From Eledone cirrhosa (Eukaryota), in contig OZ024742.1 in NCBI GenBank assembly GCA_964016885.1, forward strand, positions 82,150,001-82,214,000: DNA of 64,000 bases, in the 5' to 3' direction. Position 1 is the first letter of the stretch; every line of letters starts with the position of its first letter. Positions 29,420 to 41,725 of the stretch are shown in pieces. The translations under genes were made by a program, and so were the position numbers. Below the pieces are notes generated by a model. The model did not search any database. It had not been told where the DNA came from and was given only the letters and a program-made list of their open reading frames with translations.

Positions 29420-30600
29420 TTCAAAAGGCAAACGGCAATAGAAATACAAACAGAGAAGAACTATTTTATTAGTTTTACGCTTGATATAATAAGAATAATG
29501 ACTTAACGTTTCCGACGCTATTCCTACATCAGAAAATAGAATGAGAAATTATGGAAGAGATAGAATGATTGAGGAAGCGGTCAGGGACAGAAACCAACGG
29601 AAAATGTTTTGAGAGGGAACAAAATAATCAGGTCTATTCACGTCGACATCTCTTGGAAAAACTTTTTTTTTTTTTGTTATAGAGTCTTGATTTAAAATGG
29701 TGGTGATTGAGCGCTGAAAAGGAAAAAAAAAGTTAATTTGTTATAGAGCCATGTGTTTGCACCTATCTATACGAGTTTTTGTGTGTGTGTTTGCTATTCT
29801 TCCGTAGAAAGCTAGGTTTGTATGTTACTTTATGGGAGTGTATATATATGTTTGTAAGTATGAAGCTGTGAGCATATGTGTGTGTACGTTACGGTCTGTG
29901 TGTTTGTGAGTAGTTAGTTGCTGTTGGTCCGTACAGAACTGTGAAGATAACTGTGTAGGTGTGTGAATCGATGATTTGTTCGTCTGTATAAGCTGTAAGA
30001 ATGTGAGTTTCTGACCATAATATAGCCATTGGAACCTAGCTATGCACGTGCGCGTGTCTGACAATGGACGAGATAAGGGTGAAAGTAGATATGGACAGCG
30101 AAGTGAGCATGAGCATAGTTGTTTAAATTTAAAAAATTGGGGAAACACTATATCAACTCAGTCCTGGTGAGTGAGTCCAGTAATCCGTGGTGTAAAAGTC
30201 ACCAGAGACTCAGACATGTTGGGACGAGTGCTTAAAGGCGGTAATGGTTGGGTTTGCAAAGAAGCGAGATGTATTGGGGTTAAAAGAGATGGTGCGACAG
30301 AAAAGGGGGATACGTCCCCGGAGAGTTAGGGTAATGGGGTGCTAGGTGATGGGGAAAGGAATGCGGCTGTTAGGAGAAAGGTGGCTGGGAGAGAAACCTG
30401 TGATTGAGTCACCTTCATGAGTGCGGGTGAGAGCAGCTTAGATCAGACTGGCGGGTATATCCACGCTAGATGAAGCAGTAGGGAATGTGTTGGGACTGTG
30501 GTCCGAAATCTTGGCTACAGAGCCGACGAACATGGAGGAATTGGGAGTTGAGTATGTATAGATTAGTGTTGGTGGCATAGGACGATGTGAAGTCACGGTA
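29420..30600 (-). mobile_element. old PLE 3' fragment
   Basis: The minus strand has a degenerate GIY-YIG tail (..LTRTHEG(L)NHRF-like, ~30395-30455), a CA-rich UTR and a degenerate hammerhead ctgatg..gaaacgtt (~29500-29532) before the tail and (TA)n. Confidence 0.45.
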
Positions 30601-31239
30601 TATCGCTCATATCAAACTATTTTCATATATTTCCCTTCTCGAATAGATTTTCTTCATTTGTATTATTTTCTTTCAATTTCTTTCTTTGAAATCGTTATAA
30701 GTTTTGCTATTTTGTTCAGTTTGCTTCTTTTATATTCATATACATCTGACAATGATTCGTGAATAATTCACGAACAAATTTGATGAGGCCAACTTAGTGA
30801 ATAACAAATTTGACGATACAATCGAAGACGGTCTTCGTAGTATCCTAGTATCCTGAATTTCATTCTTCTATATCAACGTAGAAGATTCACTTATTCACGT
30901 TGAGTTGTTGTCATTTGAAATGATTAGACGTTTGACGAACTAATTTGGTTTTAATTAACCTATTTGTTTAATTCTAAAGCCTGGAAGTATCAAAGCGTTT
31001 ATATTAGCGCATTTCTGATCCCAAGAAACAAAATAATGTCATATATTATGTAAAAAACGTAGTAAAGAATAAAATAAAAACGAAAATAAAATAAGTTAAG
31101 GAATACATAGGTATATGAAGATAAAGAATAAATATATATATACGTAAAATGTAAATATACACTTTGCTGAAGAATTACATATACAATACAAATTTGTATG
31201 TACAGTGTATGCAGAATGAAACAAAAATAACATACAAAA

Positions 31240-32130
31240 ACACAATTTACGATTTTCTATTCCTACTGTCCCCACTGAGGTTTGCATCGTCTGACAGTTG
31301 GTCGATGAATGTTCGAGCAGGCCTTTGTCTACAACATCTACCGTGAGCTGGTTCTCCCCAAAATAGCTTGTGTATAACTTCCTGGGGTTTTTTTCCAGCA
31401 ATGTTCTGCAAATCGTAAACGTCCTTGAGGAATTGTAGTTTTATATTGGGCAAGATTCCGTATAAACTTTCATTCGTAATATGGTCGCAGTTTATGTATT
31501 GTTGAATCTAGATCATTTCCCGTAGGCGCCATCTAGTTACTCAAGTGTCCATCTACCTGAATCACACAAATATAGTTTCAACAGATGTTCTGAAGAAGGA
31601 TATTTTGATTATTCTGCGAAGATCTGACTTCCATATCATTTCCATTTTATTCATTGCAGCCCAGACTTCATGAATTTATACAGCTGCCCACATATAGAAA
31701 ATCATCGACTCGATTTAGTATTCCAACATACAGTGGGTCAACATTTCTATCATCTTCGTTCAGTGACATGTACTCGATCCTTGAAACATTTATGTGTAGG
31801 AAAAATTTCCATAGCAGAGAATTCGACATTCTGAATAACTTCTTCGGTTTGGTCAATGGTCTTTGATATAAAAGCCATATCAGCAGCAAAACCTGTATCA
31901 CATATATCAGTCGGTGGATTAGCGTACTTCTCTTTGTGGCAATGTAAAGCCGAGATCTTGTTCATTGACAAGGGATTTCTTCATGGAATAGTCGATGTCG
32001 ATTTTAAAAAGATATGGTGCCAATAATTGTAGAAGGATTTGAAATAATCCAGGTATCACTATATCACAACCAGGCGATAGTACGTGAGATCCTTGTTTTT
32101 TCTAGAATACAGTAACAACAGAAACAGTGG
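31240..32130 (-). mobile_element. RTE-clade LINE 3' remnant
   Basis: RT motif remnant GFAADMAFISKTIDQTEEVIQNVE, DDFLYVGS, and C-terminal WGEPAHGR..RQRPARTFIDQL. Confidence 0.75.
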
Positions 32131-32499
32131 CATCAAGTTTGATATATGCAACTCTGTTTGACATATGCTTTCATCTATGGATTGAGATAAAATACTTTTT
32201 GAAGTCAATGTATCTTAGTAGAGATTTCAGGTTCTTTGTTATGACGCCTACTAAGAATGTTTCAACAATGAGAGATGAGAAGTGTAAAAAAGAGACCAAA
32301 GTTCCGTACGCTTCTATGAGGACACACGAACAGACATATACACACACACACATATATATATATATATAGTAGATAAATCTACCAAAAGTTTACGGTAGTG
32401 TCCAATCCGTATGAAGAACTCAATGTAATCCGGATATCATGAAAAGAGAAGATGCATTCAAAAACTACTTTCGGTGAAAAATAAACGGAAAACAGAGTC

Positions 32500-33325
32500 A
32501 AGATAAATTAATAAAATAATGAATAAACAAAGAAGCAGTTTCTTTTATTAAAAAAATTCATCATTTTACGATCGTTTCTAGGATATATATGTGTTAGAGT
32601 TGGTATGCATATTCTATAGATCTATGTACAATATTTATACAAACTATCATATACATACCTTCACATATATATGCTGTCTTCAGAAATAATGATATTTGTT
32701 TATTGAAAAAAAACAAAGATTCAATACAATAGGTCTGTTTGGGAACAGGTTTTGAATTGAACAATAGAGATATAGTGAGGGTCAGGATAGTAATATAGTA
32801 GTAGAAGAACCTTAAATTATGGATAGAGGAAGGTAGATTTCAGTTTTGGATGGAAAAGAACATTATGAATGAAGGATTATTTTAGGGAAGAAATAGGTCT
32901 TATGCTGACCTCAGAAATAATTTTATTTGTTCATTGAATAAAACCAACAAAGATCTAATATATTCTGTCTGTTTGGTAAGAGGTTTACAATTAACCAATA
33001 GAAAGTTAATAATTGGCCAAATGGTAAAATAGTAGTAATTGAAGCTTATTTTAGGGGTGAAAATTGGTCAGGTGGTCAGTAAAAGGTATACAAGCAGTTG
33101 CTGTTATAAAATAGTAATGCCAATACAAATATCTAAGGTGACTAAAGTTTTAAGATAAGAATGTTAGTAAAAAAAAATACATCTATGAAAAGAATATAAA
33201 TTAATTTAATTGATGGGTATATTTATATTGAAAAAATTATACTAATACATATAGATATGATAAATAAGAGTTAGATGCAGTTGAAAAGTGCTGTTACAGA
33301 TGAGGGGAAATTAAAAGAATATAAA

Positions 33326-33328
<3 letters not shown>
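32500..33328 (-). repeat. purine-rich repeat with ~230 bp internal duplication, probably a retroelement 3' UTR
   Basis: tatgctg.c.tcagaaataat...tctgtttgg at ~32670 and ~32901. Its end 32503-32630 has an inverted copy at 37174-37301. Confidence 0.4.
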
Positions 33329-33329
<1 letters not shown>

Positions 33330-33371
<42 letters not shown>

Positions 33372-33519
33372 TTATACATATATATATATACATATATATA
33401 CACCTACACACACACATATATATATATATATATACACTTACATATATATATATATACACATGTATACACATACACACACACACATACAAACATATATATA
33501 TATATATATACATATATAT

Positions 33520-33568
<49 letters not shown>

Positions 33569-35820
33569 TATATACATGCATATATACATACATACACATA
33601 TATATACACACACGTATACACTTATATATACATATAATTATTGGGGGGGGGGTTAATTGTATTAGTGAGGAATAGTAAATATATATAGTCTTAAAGGAAC
33701 ATAGAGTCATAACCTGAAGTTAAAGCATTATATATGTTTACTTAATGGTATCAGTTTTAGGAAATGATATTTGTAAGAAGGAAAGCAAAATTATGTAGTT
33801 CATCAGTAGTAGAATATTAATTATAGGTTAACTAATTTAAAAATAGTTTATATATTAATTTCTAAAGTGTATATTAATTAGGTTTATAATTTTTAAAGCA
33901 GAATTATGTAGTTCATCAGTAGTAGAATATTAATTATAGGTTAACTAAATTAAAAATAATTTATAAATTAATTTCTAAAGTGTATATTAATTAGGTTTAT
34001 AATATTTAAAGGTTTTTCTCAGTTTATGACTACACGATATTATTAATTCCTGTCGCTTATTTAATACGATATCCTTTGATTTCATTATTTCAAAAAGTTC
34101 TTGGGAACATAATCTACATTCATTTCTACTATTTCGATAAAGGGTGGCCCTTTTGAGCACACTCCAGGTCAGGTCATATTCTATATTCCTCTTTCTATAA
34201 CTATTTATTATTTCAGCTAGAGATGTTGTATTAGCTAGTGCGGCATTTTTAAAACTATGTTTGTGGGTATTAAATCTTACCTTAAATTTGTTAGAGGTAG
34301 CTCCTATATATGAACAAATTGAGTCCTTAGTGTGAACTTTACATTTATATACTATGTTATTAACAAGGCAATTTCCTTTTAATGGACAGTTTGCCTTGTT
34401 TCTACAGTTACAACTTTTCGTGAATCCTGTATCTGAGGAGATATTATGGTTAGTTTGATGTACTGGTGGTATACTCATGGTTTTTTTACATTTATATGCA
34501 TTATAGGCACTTATATTTTGTTTTATGTTTTTGGTTGTTGAGTAGGAGAATTTAACCGTTGATCTATTTAAGATTTGATGGTATTTGTGGTTTTGCGGGA
34601 AGTTTTTCTCTAGGATATTAAAGAATAGGATGCATCCTATAAAAACAATAAACAACATCGAAACCGTAATAGACGAGTTACTTGGTACAATGCTCCATTT
34701 AATTTACAAATTAAGGATAATATACCTAAAAAATTCTTTAATGTCCTAGAGAAAAAATTCCCGCAAAACCACAAATACCATCAAATCTTAAATAGATCAA
34801 CGGTTAAATTCTCCTACTCAACAACCAAAAACATAAAACAAAATATAAGTGCCTATAATGCATATAAATGTAAAAAAAACCATGAGTATACCACCAGTAC
34901 ATCAAACTAACCATAATATCTCCTCAGATACAGGATTCACGAAAAGTTGTAACTGTAGAAACAAGGCAAACTGTCCATTAAAAGGAAATTGCCTTGTTAA
35001 TAACATAGTATATAAATGTAAAGTTCACACCTAAGGACTCAATTTATTCATATATAGGAGCTACCTCTAACAAATTTAAGGTAAGATTTAATACCCACAA
35101 ACATAGTTTTAAAAATGCCGCACTAGCTAATACAACATCTCTAGCTGAAATAATAAATAGTTATAGAAAGAGGAATATAGAATATGACCTGACCTGGAGT
35201 GTGCTCAAAAGGGCCACCCCTTATCGAAATAGTAGAAATGAATGTAGATTATGTTCCCAAGAACTTTTTGAAATAATGAAATCTAAGGATATTCTATTAA
35301 ATAAGCGACAGGAATTAATAATATCGTGTAATCATAAACTGAGAAAACCTTTAAATATTATAAACCTAATTAATATACACTTTAGAAATTAATTTATAAA
35401 TTATTTTTAATTTAGTTAACCTATAATTAATATTCTACTACTGATGAACTACATAATTCTGCTTTAAAAATTATAAACCTAATTAATATACACTTTAGAA
35501 ATTAATATATAAACTATTTTTAATTTAGTTAACCTATAATTAATTTTCTACTACTGATGAACTACATAATTTTGCTTTCCTTCTTACAAATATCATTTCC
35601 TAAAACTGATACCATTAAGTAAACATATATAATGCTTTAACTTCAGGTTATGACTCTATGTTTCTTGAAAACTATATATATTTACTATTTCTCACTAATA
35701 AATTTAATCCCCCCCCCCAATAATTATATGTATATATAAGTGTATATGTGTATGTATATATATATGTGTATGTATGTATATATGCATGTATATATATATA
35801 TATATATATGTGTGTGTATA

Positions 35821-35871
<51 letters not shown>

Positions 35872-35879
35872 GTGTATAC

Positions 35880-35911
<32 letters not shown>

Positions 35912-35915
35912 GTAA

Positions 35916-36000
<85 letters not shown>
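33330..36000. mobile_element. Naiad-type PLE 3' half as a ~2.7 kb palindrome (1.3 kb arms, ~107 bp loop)
   Basis: RNRRVTWYNAPFNL...FPQNHKYHQILNRSTVKFSYS, CNCRNKANCPLKGNCL..NIVYKC, YIGATSNKFKVRFNTHKHSF, CRLCSQE and LNKRQELIISC.H occur on both strands. Arms are 33330-34627 and 34735-36000. Confidence 0.93.
33987..34627 (-). pseudogene. GIY-YIG endonuclease domain of Naiad-type PLE (5'-truncated, open frame)
   Basis: The ORF is uninterrupted in this arm; the plus arm has a 1-nt insertion near 35031. The annotated ATG lies in the inverted loop and is not a real start. Confidence 0.85.
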
Positions 36001-36003
<3 letters not shown>

Positions 36004-37173
36004 ATACTTTGGGAGGGTCATGTTGCCAATAAGAAACACACGCACCAGTGCTTTCACTTCAATTTATTAAATATTTATAAATTTATAAATTTACAAATTT
36101 ACAAACTTATAAATTTCTGGTTGGTTGGTTGGTTCCACAGCCAGATAGTTGTTTATATATAGTCATAGTCCTTTCGTCACACACTCTGTGACCTCTTCAG
36201 TGACTGGGGATTCCTTTCTTTGTTTCTGTGACTTTCCTTTCTTCTATCCTACGCCATTTTGTTTCTGTGTGTGTGTTGTGTGCTCAGTTTGCGCATGCGC
36301 CACATCCGGGTGTCTGTGTGTGTTTGTGTTCATTTATCTATTTGTTTATTTATTTATTTATTTATTGTTGGTTGGTTGTTTATTCTATGTGTGTGTGTGT
36401 TTTCATTTTGTTGTCCTGTGTGTGTTTTCATTTTTTCCTTAATTGTAAGTTGTTTGTTCTATGTGTGTGTGTGTTTTCATTTTGTCCTGTGTGTGTTTTC
36501 ATTTTGTCCTTAATTGTAAGTTGTGATGTTGCTGTTCCACTCATATTTTCTATTTAATTTTGGTTTTAATTATTTTATGCTTACTACCTCTGTAATTTGC
36601 CTAAACATTGCGTCTTTTCTGTGTGTGGATTCTATTTTTATTTCTATGTTCTATAATCTACCCCTGTGTTCTATCTTAGCATGTTGGTAGAGCACAGATG
36701 ATTTTTTTATTATCTTGGAGGTCTCGCCATTGTTCATTTATTCGTTCCCCTATGCTACGAGCTGTCTCACCTATGTACACAATATTTTTGTTTCTACATT
36801 GTCCTTCAGTACATCTTATGCTATACACTACATTTCTAGTTTTACAGTTAATATGGGGGCTTATTTTACAGGTTATACATTTCTTATCTATACATGAGGG
36901 TCTTTGGAACGGGTATGTCTTTCTAATAAGTGTTTTTACGGAGGTACCTGGTCTTTCTACTATCTTAATATTGAGATTATGTTTATTTAGGGCCCTTCTA
37001 AATTTGTAGGCTAGTTCGCCTCTAGGGGTTGTATTGATGAACATTACACTCTGGTATTTATTGCTATCATACCATGAGTTTATTCTATTGGCCTTGTTGC
37101 TAGTTCTTTCTATTCTATTCCAAAATGTGCTCCTATACAAGGGGCAGGTCCCATTTATTTCATTATTTACCAT
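35998..37173 (-). mobile_element. PLE 3' fragment (GIY-YIG + pLTR), family shared with 47056-48325
   Basis: CIDKKCITC..CKTRNVVYSIRC...YIGETARSIGERINE. Identical terminus tattgttatactttgggagggtcatg in both copies. Confidence 0.92.
36161..36205 (-). ncRNA. minimal type I hammerhead ribozyme in pLTR
   Basis: agtca CTGAAGA g-gtcaca-gagtg-tgtgac GAAA g-ga-CTA|tgact: stems I and II paired, core intact. Confidence 0.8.
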
Positions 37174-37296
37174 TTGTACATAGATCTATAGAATATGCAT
37201 ACCAACTCTAACACATAAATATCCTAGAAACGATCGTAAAATGATAATTTTTTTAAATATAAGAAACTGTTTCTTTGTTTATTCATTATTTTATTA

Positions 37297-37365
<69 letters not shown>

Positions 37366-37367
37366 CC

Positions 37368-37446
<79 letters not shown>

Positions 37447-37471
37447 TATATATATAGACATACCTGTATAC

Positions 37472-37634
37472 ATGTATAACTAATTTTTATCTCCAAAGAA
37501 ATGCACTTTTAGGAAGCCGTAGCTTTGCAAACGCCGTGGGGCTAACGCCCTCTGGTGATGCATAACCCCCCGGTGTTGCATAGCTACGGCTTCCTAAAAC
37601 TGTATTTCTTTGGAGATACGAAATATTTATACAT
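37472..37634. repeat. ~160 bp hairpin between (TA)n tracts
   Basis: tatctccaaagaaat.ca.ttttaggaagccgtagct.tgcaa / ttgca.agctacggcttcctaaaa.tg.atttctttggagata. Confidence 0.85.
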
Positions 37635-37670
37635 ATTTTATAAAGCTATGCTTGAAGGGAAATCCTATTT

Positions 37671-37767
<97 letters not shown>

Positions 37768-38069
37768 TTGTAATTTCTGTGTAGAAATACTGCAATATAC
37801 AAAATAAAAATTAATCAATTGATAATTTTCTGCGACATAACATATTTTTAGCAACACAAATTCAGTTAGAATATATTTACACAACCATGGAGTTTCATAC
37901 TTTTTTAAATGAAATTACTTCGCTAAGATCCTCTGAAGTTATGCTACACTTGCCTCGCTTGTTGGTAAATTATCAAATACTACAATATTTGTTTACGAAA
38001 ACAATTTTACAGTGTAGGTAATATTCACTGAGCTACGGTATAAATCCAACTATCTCTCTTCCATTCGGA

Positions 38070-38113
<44 letters not shown>

Positions 38114-40777
38114 TAACAGATCAAAGTTTAAGCGAAGCATCGTTGCTTTCACTCTGAACGGGAGCTTCTGAAATTAAAAAAGTCAATCTGTGAACACAGA
38201 TGTATATATTTCAGAAAAAGTTGCAAGAGAAGGAAGACATGAAGACGATATTTTGTTTCGTGGAAACCTTCCCAGGCAAAAAACGGGAAAAAAACGAAGA
38301 TAATACGTCATCATTTGGTGCGGTGAAAACATTTACATGGGAAGACAAAATCACGTTTATGGTATAAATGTATTCGTAGACTAATAGGTGGTTCATGGAG
38401 ACATTCTGTGGCAATGAACGGTAAAAACGAAGATAATACGCCATTATGTGAACAAATGTGAATAATTACACGCAAAGACAAAACCACGTAAGTGGTATAA
38501 CTTAAGTCGTAGACTAAAATTCTATTTAGGAAACCATATGATTCTCGGCTTCAGAGTTTAGAATAAAGTAAATAAAATACAGTGGTAATTGAAATTAAAT
38601 ATATGCATACACAAGTCCATATACATACACAAGTCAACGCGAAAACACATACACACACATACAGAACCCACACAACGCCTGTACTGCACACATACGATGG
38701 TTTACACCAAATACACATACACATAAATAAAAACATATATATATATGTGTGAGTGTGTGTGTGCGTGTATACATAATTAAATAAACGTATATAAATATAC
38801 ACACATAATTACGTATATAACGAACGCACACACACACCCACATGTAAATACACATATGTACGCGGACTACGTCAAACAAAACCCAAAGTACACATATACA
38901 CACACCCTACATATGTACGAACCCGCATACTCACACAGACGCAAAATTCACGTATACACATAACAAATTCCACATGTACCATTATATATAATATATACGC
39001 CAATAACATATACAAGCAAATATATGAATGAGAAAGTATACGTACCTTCAAAAAACATACATATAATATATACTAACCTATACGAATAAGTAATGGTATT
39101 AACATAACATATAGTTAGTTACCACATGAAGACGTAACATATCCGCGTGTAGTTCGTACTATCCGTTAGGCTATAATGTTGGGCTGTAATACAGGAAAGT
39201 GTTGTGCAATTTATGTTTACAAGCCTAAATTGCCTCAGATTTTTTGGTTTAAGATGTGGTATTTGGCGTAGTGTATTAACCAGTGCCTCAGCAGCGCAGA
39301 GGTCACATGGTCTTTTATTTCCGCTATACGATCTAGCCCTAGCTAGGATCTCCCAGTGTAACTTATATAGGGGGTGCTTGTCTTTTAGACTCCAGATATA
39401 AGCTGAAAGTGACGTCATATTCCTTCTTAAAGGCTTAAGAAAAGAATGGGTATGCATGTAAAGACGCTGCTTGAATCTATTGGCGGTTAACCCTATGTAG
39501 GCCCTACGGGACGCGGGTGTTTCAACATTACATTTGTAGACAATGTTACTAGAGAGGCATTTCCCGGATAGGTGCAGTCAACCCGATTCCTACAATTAGA
39601 GTTAGTACTAGCGACGGGGTTGCACGTGTTCTTACGGCTAGGTAATTTAGCTCAATTTGAAGCTGTGATATTATGTGCAAGGTTAGAAGTCGTAGAGTAA
39701 GAAATGTTAATGGTATTTATATTAAAGATATTACTATATTTGTGCTGGGGGGAAATGCCTCATAATAAGGGAGAGATAGATCTTAGCTAAAGGTGTGGCC
39801 ACATCCATATTATATGGTGGCTTATACCATATAATGCGTTGGGATCTATTTTTCCTACTCTATTCTCGTACTCTGTATAAGCTACCTTATCGACAAATCC
39901 ACTACGAGCAAGAGCTTCATTGTAATATGTGGAAAGGTCGTTGAAAATATGCTCGTTTGTAGATAGACGGGAAAGCCTCAAAGAAACGTTTCTTACTAGG
40001 GTTATGCTGACAGGAGGGTTAGAATGCTTACTTTTGTAATTAAGCGTATCATTCGGCTTTCTATACGGGTAGTGCAAGCCATTCGAGAAAATATGAGGGT
40101 AACGTCGATGTAATTAACGACTGAGAGGTTGGCCTCAACCTGTACGGAGAGGTTGAAGCCTTTACGCTTATATCTGGAGTCTAAAAGACAACCACACCCT
40201 ATATAAGTTACACTGGGATAGCCTAGCTAGGGCTAGATCGTATAACGGAAATAAAATACCATGTGACATCTGCGCCGCTGAGGCCCTGGCAATACTCTAA
40301 GCCAAAGACCACATCTTAAACAAAAAATCTGAGGCAGTTTTGGCTTGTAAACATAAATTGCACAATACGTTCCTGTATTACAGCCCCATTTTATACTCTA
40401 ACGGATAGTACGAACTATACGCGGATATGTTACGTATTGATGGGGTAGCTAAGTATATGTTATGTTAATCCCATTACTTATTCGTATAGTTACGTATATA
40501 TTACCTGTATGTTTTGTGAAGGTACGTATACTTCTCATTCGTATATTTGCTTGTATATGTTATTGGCGTATATATTATATATACTGGTACCTGTGCATTT
40601 GGTTATGTGTATACGTGAATTTTGCGGGTTCGTACGCATGTAAGGTGTGTGTATATGTGTGCTATGTGTTTTGGTTGACGTTAGTCCGCGAACATATGTG
40701 TGGCTGTGTGTGTACGCGCGTTATATACGTATTTATGTGTGTATATTTATATACGTTTATTTAATTATCTATACACG

Positions 40778-40817
<40 letters not shown>

Positions 40818-41725
40818 GACACACACACACACACACACACACACCCATACACACACACACACACACACACATATGTATATATATATATATGAGGGTGTTA
40901 AAGTTTGCTTGAAGCATTGTGAAATGTGTAAAATACGTAGTTTAGAAAGCCACAACAATGCAGAGGGAAATCTCGAGCTAGGAAGTGAATGATAGATAGG
41001 AGAAATAGGAGAAGGTGAAAATTGAGAGAGACAAAGATAAAAACAAAACAAAGGTAGAAGGGTTACCGTAGTGGAGATTTAATCCCAATATTTCGGGCTG
41101 ACGCCCATCAACGGGGGTAAGTTCCAAAAGGGGGGGGAACAGGCTAAGCGGAGAAAGTTGTGATGTGGTTAAAACAGGAATGCCGTTATGGGGAGAAAAA
41201 TTATTTAAAATTTAAATGAGGGAAAGAATGCGCGTGCGCGTGATAGGCTGTGGAAAAAGCTACTGACCAAATGGGTTAAATCAAGAGGGTGCGCTAGCGT
41301 GTGAAAGCCGTAAAATATGTGTGTGTAAATATATATGTGTGTGTAACTGTGTGTGTATATGTGTAAGTGTGTATATGTGTGAGTGTGTGTGTGTGTGAAA
41401 GATAGTGGGCTGTAGAAGCTGGAAATCAAAGAGTGTGAAAGGTGGTAAGTTGTAAAATATGTGTGCGTGTATAAATATAGATGTGTGTGTGTAAGCGTAT
41501 GGGTATACATGTGTGTGTAACTGTGTGTGTATATGTGTGAGTGCGTGTGTATGTGAAAGATAGTGGGCTGTAGAAGCTGGAAATCAAAGGGTGTGAAAGG
41601 TGGTAGGTTGTAAAAACATGTGTGCGTGTATAAATATAGATGTGTGTGTGTATGCGTATGGGTATGCATATACGTGCGTGTGTGTGAAAATAGCAGGCCG
41701 TAAGGGCTGTGAATGGTCACTATGG

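Noticed and set aside
35430-35620. CTGATGA motifs in the Naiad 3' UTR as hammerhead or SECIS
   Set aside because: No stem II + GAAA follows, there is no convincing SECIS fold, and no in-frame TGA replaces Cys in the visible endonuclease ORF.
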